NCBI GenBank assembly: GCA_973895155.1
Contig: OZ316895.1
Coordinates: forward strand, 22,208,558 to 22,272,557
Source: Marsupella aquatica
Lineage: Eukaryota > Plantae > Marchantiophyta
Reading direction: 5' to 3'
Length of the DNA stretch: 64,000 nt
Part shown: piece after piece, positions 47,246-59,936 of the stretch
Layout: every line of letters begins with the position of its first letter
Position numbering within the stretch: position 1 is the stretch's first letter
The notes under the pieces: model-generated
What the model was told of the DNA's origin: nothing
Databases searched by the model: none
The model's input: only the letters and a program-made list of their open reading frames with translations
Made by a program: the position numbers and the translations under genes

Positions 47246-48614
47246 ATGGCGACCCAATACGACTCCGAAGACTTGGCGACTCTGCTGAAACCCTTCCATG
47301 ACCGCGCCAAACTTGCGGAGGTAAAGTTTGTTATGTCTGAAACCATCTATGATTGAAGTTCATTCTTATAGACCTCGGAGGTTGTAGAGGTGTGTCTGGA
47401 TTGAATCCTACCCAGCATCGCGCTAATTTCTTCGAGACGAGAGTTTTTCCATTACCTCTTGCTGTTGCTGTCGGTTCCAATCGTGATTTTGTGGAGGTGA
47501 CTTGCGAAATTGGACTTGGCTTAGAATTAGTAACCCTCAATGAATTCTCTCCTGATTAATTGCTTTGGAAGACGGGTCTAGCAAGAAAATTGGGTGAAGA
47601 GTGTCTCGTCATTTTCGAAATTCGACTTGGCTTATAATTGGAAACCCTCAATGAATTCTCTTATGATTAATTCTCTTATGATTAATTGCTTTGGAAGATG
47701 GGTCTCGCTACAAAATTGGGTGAAGAGTGGCTGTTTCATTTTCCTGATAACATCACGAGAGTTCCTGTGGAAGGTTCCTGCCTAAGATGATAATCAAGGC
47801 ATACTTGAACCTCAAAATCCTACAAACGGAGAGATGTTATGAATCCACATGGATGTGCAGTGTCCAGGGTTTATATATTTATTGTCCATAAATAGGGGCG
47901 TGACTGTTATTCTAGGCAACCCATCAGCTGTGATCGTAGTCTTCTAATGTCTTCCAGAACCTTAGGGTTGTACTCGTTTCTAAGCGTGTCCTCGGTTTTT
48001 AGCTTGTCCTCGCTACACGCGCTAGTAAAGCACGCTCCAGGTTTTCAACAATATCTAGACTTATTTGGCAGCTTCATGTGCGTTATTCAGGAACGTCTGG
48101 AGAAGTTGGAAGCTGCTTTGGAAGCCCAGACAGGTGAGGAATGTAACCTTACGGAAGCTTCTTACGCTGCTACGAGTTATATGACTTATTTAGACGTGCA
48201 GTATGATCCTACATTGCCCTGCGTTCCGTCTTCCAGCAATGACTCTTCAGAGTGAATGGTTTTGCTGACGAAATTTCCAATTTGCGCCATAGGACATGCA
48301 CCTCGTGTTGACAAAGGGATTCTCGATGCACTGATGGAGCTCAAGGCGAAGTTGGAAAATTCGAGAGCTGAGCAATTAGCTGAAAGAGAAACGGTACGCA
48401 TTAAAGTTTTCAGTCTTCTGCATGCACGAAGGCCACTATATCGTATCTAGGTATTCAACTTCTAACAAGGGCAAAGTTCACAGTTTCCTGACCCGGGCAT
48501 CTCTCACCGCAGGCTGCCAAGGAGAAAGGAAAACTACAGTATCAAATTGTTCAATTGAAGAGATCGTTGGAGGAGGCTGATAAGAAGTTGGTGCACTGTG
48601 CACCCAGCAACTGA
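47246..48614 (+). CDS. Small conserved plant coiled-coil protein; exons 47246-47320, 48091-48133, 48293-48393, 48513-48614 (~106 aa)
   Basis: Phase-consistent GT-AG joins give MATQYDSEDLATLLKPFHDRAKLAEERLEKLEAAL...LDALMELKAKLEN...KLQYQIVQLKRSL. This matches an uncharacterised plant family pattern (PF..RA..AE.RL..LEAAL ... KLQY.I). Telo-box and site II-like motif at 47017-47040. Confidence 0.82.
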
Positions 48615-51600
48615 TTATGGTTTGGCTGTAGTGCTATATCTATTACTAGTGCACCTTTCCAAGAAATCTCTCACCTATGTCAAATAAAATATGAAAGGCC
48701 TCCCATTTTTATCCTTGGGTGGTGACTTCTGTGAAGCAAATTTGTTTATAGTGATATAGATTGCAACTGTCAAGATAGTAACAGAGGAGCCCAATTTTAG
48801 AGACTTTCCTCCAATTATGTGGAGGACTTTGTGAAGGCGCTCCACAAAATTTTGCATCATGATTACTTATGGAGCTTGACCTACTCATTTGCCAATCCAA
48901 CGAATGACATTCCATGTACAAAATTGGTGGATGAAGTAAGCTGCAGTGACGAACAATGAGGTTATTGCAGTGGGAGGACGGATATTGAGGACGAGTTCTA
49001 TTTCAAACCTATCTCTTTGGCAAATTCACTGTAGATCGATCATGATGGTCCTGTTCAAAAACTGGCTTGTGAATTTGAAATTTGCACATGAATGATAAAC
49101 TATTACCAACTTAACCAGCAAGATATGCGTTTAATCGGGCATGGGTGAGAGGCGACCATTTCTGCAAGTTACTGCACCATTTCCATTCCTGTAAGGCTTG
49201 TAGCTGAACTGTTTCGCATTTTTCATGAAAGCACTCACATTCTCACCCTAAAGGATCTTCCTCCTCCAGGACCTTCAAGACCGTCCCTCCCCAGTGACGA
49301 GGTAGTATTGCAGATTGTCCAAAGCTTCACTATATAATCCGGGAGTGTGAGTTGCATTTTGAAGTTTCAGGTGCAACGTTGAGAAGGGATTTGGGAGATT
49401 GAAGTACAAGTTGGAAGAGAGAATTTGGACTTTCCGAATTACAACAGAGAGAAAGAGAGGACGGAAAGGGAGAGTGGGCGGGAGGGCTTTGGGGTTAAGA
49501 ACGCTATATGGCCCGGTATCATCCAGGGGACAACGGCGGAAGTCATGTGCTGATAAACGGTGGATATAGCGTGGAGCCGATATGATCGATGACCGGCTAC
49601 CTCTTCTCGGCCATGTCTGATAAACGGTTATGTGCTGATAAACGGTGGATCGATGACCGGCTACCTCTTCTCCAGTTCGCTGATCTCCAAGACAAGGTGG
49701 TGCTCCTCTGAGTGGATCACAATGTTGTGAAGAAAGGTAAATTGAGTTGGTTGATAGATCCGTGCTATCAAAATCTCCTGGCATTATGGCTTTTCCGAGT
49801 GCATACGGTTGCTCAAAGATTCCTTCGCGAAAATTCGGTCTGCACCTCTCGAGGATATAGTGGGACCCCGAGTGGGACTGCGCAGCTGAGAACTATCTGT
49901 AAAATGAAGCAATTTAGCGGCGACCAACTCAAACAAAATGTTGACGTGCGCTCGAAATGAGACTACTTAGAGTTAACGATCTTAAAAATATTTGCAACGA
50001 CTGCATGTATGTGCAGGACTCAATTCACGTGAATCGAAGTGGAAAATTTTGGAAGTGGAAAACCTGTTTGAATTTGACTGGCATCCTGCTCATGTGTCTG
50101 AATTTTTTTTTTGACGTCAGGGAAGATAATTAGACCAGTATCGCATAGATGTGACTCTCCTAATCTGAAGTTAACCAAAGAGTGGAGCTTCTAATTAAAA
50201 TACGATGCTCTGACGAAGATTTAGAAGCCTGGTATGCAATATGATACTGTGGCACTATAATAATCTGTAGGACATACCAAGCATTGAATTGAGGTCATCA
50301 TGTACTGCACATCAAGTTTCTTTTTACTACATCTCCAGTTCGCTGATTTGTGAATGCCGTCATGGGACTCATGCCCCACTTCAAGCAGGGTACGGGTACC
50401 ATGGACGAGGTTCTAGATTCCAATAAAACTGCCCAGAAATTGTTCGGTGGAGGAGACTCTCCAAGTGTTCAAAAGGTTGGTTCCAAATTGCATGGCTCAA
50501 AGAAATGTACTAAATTTTACTTTTTGCCAACGTCATTTGGATCACAGAAGGTTTCGCATTATTTCGGCCGCTACAATAGCTAATGTCGATTAACAGCGTC
50601 TCCATGGCAGACGTGCGGTGCTGAGCTTCGTGTTCCTTGGTTTTGTGCAGTTCTGCAAATTAAGTCCCAATAATCGTCTCACTGTTGCACTGCAACCTCC
50701 ACTTATTCTCTTCTCGGCCATGTCTGAGCTTCCAAGGGATTTAAGTGGAGCTGTGTGACTTGATCTCACACTACTCGATAGAAGAAGGAAATCCAACTAC
50801 TCTGTTAGCTCCAAACACCCTTGTCATTTAGGACTTTCTCCAACCGGACTCTTCTCTCTTATTAATGGCGATAAGAGAGCAACAGCAGAGCTAGAAACGC
50901 GCGTGGAGGTTTCAGTATTTTGAACAAACCGCATACGGAATTGCTCAGGTGGGCAACCGCTGTAATAAATGAGTTGCAGGAGCAAGTGACGTAGTGAGGA
51001 GACACTTACAGCTGCTGCTTCTGTGTGCCGTTTTTTTAGTGTGAGCCCTTCGGTCCTCTGATATAATTATGGAAGGGAGCAGTTCTCAGTCATCACAGCA
51101 GAATGATGCCTGCGGTCTGTACCCAATTCTGCATGCGGGCCCGTCCGCTTGCCTGTCCATCAATTGAGCCCAGAGTCATTGGAGGGAGGGGAGACAAGGG
51201 ATTGGGAGGTCTGCCGGTGAGGGGGATCAACAGACAAGTCAGGCCGACGTGGGTTCGGTGGGGCAGGCAAAGGAAGGTCCCACGAATGCATCGTCGTCCT
51301 CTCTCTTCTTCTTCTTTTTCTATCATGACAGGACTGCAAACAGACTTCGGCACAACCACTCTTGTCTGTTGATCTGGCCCCCACTCCACTCTCAACATGT
51401 ACTGACGAGGCAAACGAAATTGAGATCACGTACGTGTACGCAGTACTGCTCTCTCTGTTGTGGCCTTAATTTCCCTCTGTCCAGGCGTCGAGGATTCGCC
51501 ATGCATGCCCAAAACAAATGTATAAGGTTTTGTTGTTTGGCTCAAATGTCGCCAATGTTTTCTGATTCGACGAGAGAGACCGTTCCAACGTGGACGATGT

Positions 51601-54600
51601 TATTAAATTAAATTCTAGTCAGATGCAAAACTTTTCTTTGGTACAAGTGAAGTCCAATTACCCCGAGAAGCTTATGAGAAGCAAAATTCTGATGTGACAG
51701 AAGGGACAGCAACGGGGCATGAGCACGAAATCACAAGTAAACTCGAATTTGGGGAACGATTGGTAGTTGAATGTATGTCTCTGATCGTCCTCCGATGCTT
51801 ACAAAGCCAGGCAGATGCCTCAGGCCATGGAGGATACATGAACTAGACGATCACCGACGGTCCCACAGTCACCGACGGTCCCACAGTCAGGACTCAGGAA
51901 CTCATGATCAAAACGAACATATTTCCAAAGGTAGGTACACCTCACTACACCGCCAGTTGTGATTCCTTAACCGGTGGAGTTCAACTTCTGGGACACGTAC
52001 ACAAGCTAGAGTAAGTAGCCTCCGTTAGAACTAGTGTGGATTCACACTAATCTACAGTGAGTATCTAATAGAGGTTCCAAAGTTAGGGATGGTGGCTATT
52101 GGGGTCATGGTGTTTTACTAAAAGATTTTTTTTCACTAGACTCTAGAGTGACTTATGGTCATGGCATATGACCAAATCTTTATGGCAAAAAGTTATGGAT
52201 TACCAATTTGGCAGTATATAACTTTTTATGTCCCTAACCTTAACTGCTAAGTTAAGGTCCATCAACTTTGAAGCTTTGCAACGCCCTAATGGTGATCAAA
52301 CACTATCTTTCAGGGTTTAGTGTAGTCTCTAGACAATGACTCTTTGGGGCATGAGTGAAGGTTGGGTGCAAGTGTAAACAGCTAGGCAGGGTGAGCGGTG
52401 AGTCTCTAAAAATGGCCTTAGCTAGGGGCTTGAATGATCTCTATTTACCTTCAAAGATTGGGCACTCAGGCTAGAGGGCAGGATAGTTGTTGTAGATAGA
52501 GATGTGGCCAGAGAATTAGTGTGGATGGAGGATTATTCTAGATCACTTTCACTCACGTGCAAGAATTATCATGGTGATTTATTTTAACAGAGTTGCTAGT
52601 TGGAGTAAATAATTGAGACTGAGCAGATTAATATGGTGGATGGAGGAGTTAGTGTGGATCACTCTCTCTCAAAAAAATTATGGTAATCCTTTTGAACAGG
52701 GTTTCAAGAGTAAATTAAGGAGTTAAGGTTCATCAAATTGTCAGCTTTAAGATGCCCTAGTATATCATGTACTGGGGAACTTAAGGCTGTTCTTGGCCTA
52801 GTTCTGGGCTCACCAATCTTCAACTTGTGTGACCCCTACCATGAGGGCGGGCATGAGGGCATTAAATTGCAATAAAAACCAACACTTATCTAAGAACTCA
52901 GTCTAGAAAATTTGGTCTCGGCTCCAAGTTGTGTAACGCCTCATTATGAGTGGGCAATTTCCCAAAATAGCAGCACCTAGTCCACGATCTTATATTGAGG
53001 GTTGCTCTACAGTTGTGGGAGAGCCATTTGCCCCCCTTTTTGCTGGGGGAGCCCAGGTGATGACCGTCTTCCCACCCTGGGAACCACTTTGACATTACTA
53101 CTACTGTGTTTACAGATATGGCATCCCAGTAGTGCACATCAGAAATTGGGAGCCGGATGGGAAGCCAGATAGGTATTTGTAATAGCGCTCAGTGATATAA
53201 ACAAAATACCTGGGTTCATCCTGGTATGGAGTGGCATAGTACTCCATAATTATATTATCACATGTGATGTGCAATTACCTGGACTGAAAGATATGTCTAC
53301 CATCAAATTCATGTGCAAAAATGGATGGCCATTAGACATTCCTAAAAAATGGCCCTTAACCCATCCCCCCGAGGCCCCGAGGGGGTAGTGGGCTGTGTAA
53401 TCTCCAAGGGCGCTGAGCCTGAGGGGTTACAGCCACTATCCCCAAGTGGAAATGAGCTACCAAGCATAAAGCCTAGGTGAATAATCTTTTACACAACACC
53501 CAGTTCAGTTTTACATAGGAAAAGTCTGATCTGTCATTGTCTGCCACTTATACTTTACTTTATTTCTCATTTAAATTTCAGAATCCCCAGACCAGGCTGG
53601 CACACATTATGTGACTCTGGGGTAATGACTCATAACCTTGTACACACATGTACAAAAGAAAACATTCAAGAAGGGTTTACTCTAATCACAACACAGTGAT
53701 CTGATGTTGATCACTAACTAATGAGCTGCTTACTAACTTTCTTGGGGGCTCCCTGTCCACACTCACACATCAAAATGTGATAATATATTGTGTATCTTTT
53801 CACTTGGTACTCGAGTGAGAGAAAATCATTCCTGATCTATGAGGGCTTGATTGGCTCTGTGAGGGCTCAAACAGGGGCGGTTTGATCCATCTACTTGCCA
53901 GATGCCAGGAGGACGGGTAGTCTTGCCTTTATGAAACGACATGTTATATCGTCGGCCCCTGCCGAACTCAGGATGTGCAAAACTAACTAGAGTTATCATG
54001 GTATGGAGAGATGTCATACATAGTTGTATATGTCATATTTGGATCGGCTCTGTGACGAAAGGACATGCGTCACGCCGTAGACGTGGTGGACGACGATCGT
54101 ATCGTGCCCGCCGTCGATCTGAGCCGTGACTGTGTCCGGTCGAGGAGAAATAACTCCAGTAAAGGGACTCACACTAAAAGGGGAAAAAAGGGAAAACGAG
54201 ACTGAGGGCCCACGATTGATCGATCGATCGATTGATTGATCAGTTGATTGAGGACCGATTGATTGATTGATTGATTGCACTAGACTGAAAGCTATGGAAT
54301 CTGAATTTGATTGAGCTGATGAATGTAAATAGTGGATGGAGGTCGTCGGAAAATTTTCGGATGTGCTCTCGAAATTCAATCCTAGAGCCTGTTTTGTATT
54401 TAGGACCTAGTGTTGTTCGTGCCGACTCGTGCAGAACGTTTGGATTCATTCTGTTAGCTCCTTCCACATAGCAATTGCCATAGCTCAATATTGCTTCAAA
54501 GACGTGAATCACGTGCAAATTGAACTCCTACCAAGTGCCTCGTTTTCAAGGTAGTCAGCATCACCTCGATCATGATTTACAACGAGGATGAAGTGGTTCT

Positions 54601-54772
54601 AACTTCGTCCACCAGGAGGGGCCTCGTACGATTCTTCCGTCTCTGGCGTTCAATGCCTTCCAGAACTTTTTCAATTCTGCTCTCTACATGGTTTCAGCAT
54701 ACTAAGGATGTCCGTGCATGGCCCCATAGAATCCTTTGATTGATTGAAGCTATTCGTATGTCTCTACTGCAG

Positions 54773-54891
54773 ATATCTTATGAGGGAGAAGTGGTGAACG
54801 GAGACGCTGGCAGCTGGATTGCAGATGAGGGTGAACGCTTCAAGGCAGATGTCATCGTCGTTGGCAGCAGTGCTTCTGGTGGTGTAAAGAG
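54773..54891 (+). pseudogene. Orphan exon of a universal stress protein (USP) gene
   Basis: cag|ISYEGEVVNGDAGSWIADEGERFKADVIVVGSSASGGVKR|gt matches the penultimate exon of plant USP genes (GDA...D..VVGS..G). Flanking USP exons were not found by eye. Confidence 0.72.
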
Positions 54892-57221
54892 GTAGTCTCT
54901 GAGCCACTGGACCGTCAAAATCCTCTATTTTGTTTGGCCACTTTTAGGAAATTGGTGTTTTCTCCTGTTGCACCATTTCAAAGTTTTCATTTGGTTGAAT
55001 AATAGATGTATCTCGAGGTAGTAGACATGGGAGATCAGACCATAGGCTAGATGGTAGATGTTATGATGCAGGTGTTGCTAGATACTATGACGTAGGTGAT
55101 GCTCGATCACACACGAGAGCTGCTGTGGATAGAGAAGGCTGGCTCTATGATTGTCATGTGATTTGTTCTGTTGGCTTGGTACAGTAGATTCTGCAAATAA
55201 GTTGATCATAATAATTACCACCATAGCTTGAATGTTGTCTTTTGCAGTGGAGGTGTACAGAACCCAGATACACACGTGCTGTGATAAGTGACAATGATAT
55301 GACACTCCCACAAAACTCCTGTAGCAGTGACCCAGAACAAGCGTAATTTTCAAGGTTTTTTCTTTTGGCCGTAGCCAATAACACCACCTTCTGAAAGAAA
55401 GGATGCGAAAAATACTCTCATCTTATTTTTCTCCATTAATTTTGACCATTAGATCTCCTTGGATTTAAGGATATCTGTCATATTCTCATTCTTGGGGTTT
55501 GTGGCTAGATGGAAAATGGAATGAAAATGGCTAATCGACGACATAGTCTGGTAAAATTTACGCAAAAGTGCACCCTAAACTTTAGGTGATTTTTTGCGGT
55601 TAAAAAACAGAGCTGGCGGGAACAACCTGAACTCCTGAAGGACCACCAGACGCAATTGGAGGCGCAGATCAAGGCTCCAGGTGTGATCTGCATGTGCGAT
55701 CTGCATTATGAAGTACCTCACTGACAATATGGAGTGAATAAAAAATTATAACCTGTAGCTCATGTGTCCGATACAAATAGAGCATCGATTTCATTGGCAC
55801 ACACAGCACGAATATACGTCGGTTCAGTAGGACCAAAACTTCCAGAGATGGCGAGGGTCGATCTCTTTGACGTTAGAGTCTGGTCTTCGGTACCTAGTTG
55901 GATTGTGCGTGTCTATATCAGGTCTTGGAAGCTTGTCTTGAACAGTTTCGCTGCAAGGAGAGATCGTGTTGGGTTTTAATAGTGCTGGAAGTTCGTAGAG
56001 ATCCAAGCTGCATGTCCACGACCGACGTGAGATTTGCTGTCGTGGGAGGTTCACTCGTGCCACAAAACTGTGGGTCAGACTAGCTGTGCAAGCCGTGCTC
56101 TACGGGGAATGTCTCTTCAGTCTGGATCATTCTTCGTTCTGAAAGCAAGGACTTTGTTGGCAAGTTAGAGTCGGAATGATGGACATCCGGCGGAGCTGTC
56201 TCAGCAAAGTTCGGTGATCGATAAAATCGTACAGTGACACCTCGATTGGTTTTTTCCTCGGTAACAGTCCAGTTGCAGCCGAGGGGATCGAGTACTTGCA
56301 GGAATGCTATTTTCAAACACTCTGGGACAGTTCGTCAGCAGCTTCAATCGATCGGCTGAGCTTGCAAGAGAGTACGCTGGAGGATCGATGATCTCCAGGG
56401 CGCTTGATTACGTTCACTACGGCAGACCACACTGTAGCCAGTTATAGCAACTGCTATAAATTAGATGAGAAGAGTGAATTCCCAGTTAGAGTTACAGCAT
56501 CTGCTATGAATGAGAGAGAATGCCCGTTTAACTGTCTATCTGGAGGTATGAGTGATCTTTGGCCATGACCATTGAAGTAGTGTGTCGGTGATCCATGTCA
56601 TAGTTGCGTTGAAAATCAGGACCTTGGCTTTCTGCAGTTTGACAGACATGGAGTCACGGGTGTGCATCTATTCAGTTTTGTGCTCCCATGTTGGTCGGTT
56701 TGTCAAGCTGGAGAAAACCCAGGTCCTCTTGTTCCTTGCAACTGTTGTTTGGACACCGAAACACAACTTTGATGGCGAAAAGGATAGATCCTTTGTATAT
56801 CTTCTTGATTGGAAGTTGATTATAGTCGTTGGCATCTTAATCATCAGAATAGTAGCATGCAAGTTTGGCGAAGGATCTGTGTGAATAAAGTATCGATAGA
56901 GAAACTTGTCCTCAGTCTCCTCCAGTTCCTTGGCCAAGTGAATCTATGCCTTCAATCGACTACATCATGCGAGAGAGCTTGTGCCGAGGCCACTAAGGAG
57001 TTTTGAACAGCGTTTCACGTTTGCCAGTGATCAGGCTGGAAATCTATAACTATTTTCAAGTGTATTCATGATTGTTCCATAATTTGACCTTTGTTTTGAC
57101 TACCTTTGTTTTGACTTGCTCGTACTGACCAAATGTGATCTATTCGTCCGGCATACATTCTGCATTGTTTGTCTGGTCGTAGACTGATGTGAGTCGAATC
57201 CTTGGTAACGTTTGGTATCCG

Positions 57222-57455
57222 CTTTAAATCGGTTTGAGATCACATATTCCATTTCTTCATGTCGAGTTCCTCAGCGGTTCGTATTTCTGGTAACGTTTCT
57301 CACAGCTTTTACCAGTAAGTTTGAATATCGCATATAATCTCATTTCTTCGTGACTGTCAAGTTCCTCAGCGGTTCGTTACTTTTCTTACAGCTTTAAACC
57401 AGTCTGAACATCATAGATAATTCCATTTCTTCATGTCAAGTTCCTTATTGGTTCT
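57222..57455. repeat. Three degenerate tandem units of ~90 bp
   Basis: catttcttc.tg...agttcct...ggttc recurs at ~57250, ~57341 and ~57424. Confidence 0.7.
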
Positions 57456-59813
57456 TGATAGTAGCAATGTTGATATTTTTGTTTGCAAGCGATTAAGTGG
57501 GATATAAGCGCAATTCAGCGTAGGGAAGAAACCTGAACAAATCACGGAATGTCATTTGAATCAAGAGTGAACCCAGTCAAAACCCGTTTAGAACATTAGA
57601 GGGAACAAAAGAACCTATGGCCACAGGGGCATGATGCAGATCCCCGAGGAAAGGTCGAGGAAGAGAGCTGAAAAGCCTGTAGCACACAGGTCAATAAAAC
57701 CATTTGCTGCAAGGCGATAAGTGAGAAACTTTGGAGGTCAAAGTTGCAAATCGGAGTTTTCAATTCTAATGTGGCCGGACAACAGGGGAGAGGGCAACAC
57801 TGGAGACGAAACGAGTTCCCCTACAACCACACCACGAATGGTGATAGGGAAACGTGTGTTTTGAAAAGAGGACTGAAGCACAAATGAGAACAAGAATGGA
57901 GACCAATGAAGCATGTGGGTTTGCTAGAACACTGAAAGATGGAGAGATAAAACCGACAGCTCACAAAATTGACTGTTCTGTGCACTGGATGAAAAGCGAT
58001 AAATCAATTGACAGAATGGAAGAAAGTAGAGTATAAGTACCAAGTAAAACAGGGAGCAAGTCGAATGTTTGAGGAGAATACTGAGGGATGGAGAACTAAA
58101 GCAAAATTTACCAAAGAATGTAATGTATATTGATGAGAGAGAGAACGAGAACACAATCAGTAATGGAAGGCTACAAAGGGATGGGAGGTGATATACAATA
58201 ACTTTTGATGATGTGAGGACCGAGCTACAGAAGGTGGTCCCGTTTGCGATTGAACTGAGCTCTTAAATCCAGGCTGTGTGTAGTTGATATCTATTTCTTA
58301 ATGCTCGAGCACATTCAGGATGGAACTCGCAGGTTAGGCTATTCCACAGAGTCTGTCATGCTCCGTCATATTCCAGCAGAACACACCCAAGTAAACAGAG
58401 TTTGTTTCTAACCTTGTAGAAACGGATCATCACAGTTGTAAGGCAAGTAAATAAATGTAACACAGTGAAACGTCGGAGCTCGTGCGTTCACGTAAAGCAC
58501 TTTACTGTTAGCTACAGTTCACTCCTCTAAAGATTATTGCTCCAGTGGATCATTGAAAGATCTTGAGGATCACCAGAAGTCAACCAGTTCACTGTACGAG
58601 AATTCTCGTTGAAGTGTTGCGACATCTCTAACGACGAGGAAATGATTTCACGCCAAAAAGAACTGGAAAGTGGACAAGAAGCGGACAGACCGGGGCAAGA
58701 GAGCGGCAACCTGTCTCACTAGAGCCTAACGAGGAGTAAAGGAAAGGGGAGACACCAGAGCAAAGTTGCAGAGAAATGTTGCAGCTTTGGTATCATCATG
58801 AGTTTCTTTGTTTCCTTGTCTGTCCACAATGAATGAAAAAAGGAACTTGGGTTCCTGCACTGGTTGAAGGAGGGGGCCACCGGATGGAGAGATGCACTGG
58901 TTCAAGGAGGGGGGCACCGGATGGAGAGATGACGAAATGCTCAGTTGGTTAGGGGATGAGCCTAGAAATGAGAGGTCCCAGGTTCGGCCAAATGGCATGT
59001 GACTGTCCTCGTGTTTTGCTGCCCTTTACCCTTGGGACACTTTAGGACAATTGAATGTCTACATTAACAAGTCAATCTTTGTCCTCACTACATGTCATGT
59101 GCACTATGGCAAAACTTGCAATGGCAAGAAGTCGCCATATGACCATGTTACTTTAGTATATTTGTTTTATGGTGAAGATTGAGGTCAATCTGCAAGGGCA
59201 GGAAAATTTCCGGCCCTTGCCTTTTGATTTGCTAAGTTTCTGCCGTGAGGATTGGCATGGGAGGAGGTGATGGCATTTTTCTCTCATGCACTAAAACGCT
59301 GCTGCAAGTCAGTTTGGGGGGCCACAAAGGGTACGGGCACTCACATGTGAGTTGGCCCTCTATCTCCCCTCCACATGCAAGGGTTTTTAGAGGGTGAGGG
59401 TGAGGGTGAGGGAGTGGGGTGTAGTGGTGGGTTCCTCCTCAGCCTCGGGCTGTTCTACTTTGGGGCTCTGGTCCAACCCTCTCTCCGTCCTGGTAGTGGG
59501 TAGGACCCCCCTTGTGGGCTACCCTACAGAGGTGCATGCTCCCGAGTTGATTGTCTATCCTCTGCTGAATGGGTCAGCTTTTGGTACTCAAGGCAAAAAA
59601 AAAGGGGATGAGATGGCAGAGAAATCAATTAAGACAGAAGCCTTTGTCTATATTCCATGAGCCCTCAACCCTCAACTTGGTGGGACCCCTGTTTTGAATA
59701 ACGAGCAGCAACACTTGATTTCCATCTGCCCCCAACCCAACAGATTATGTTTTGGAGACCAACTGGTGGAACTGGGCACTTTGACAATGAACTGGTTCGT
59801 GTTTCACAGGACG

Positions 59814-59936
59814 GTGGGAGTCCAGTTTGTGTTTTCATTAGTTTTTGTAGCGTATACAGTTTTGGAAGCGGTGGACCAGTTGCGCATTTCACAGGTGGGA
59901 GTCCAGTTTGTTTTTTTTCACTAGTTTGTAGCATAC
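59814..59936. repeat. Tandem repeat, probably TE-subterminal
   Basis: ggtgggagtccagtttgt.ttttca.tagttt.tgtagc.tatac occurs twice, about 81 bp apart. Confidence 0.6.
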
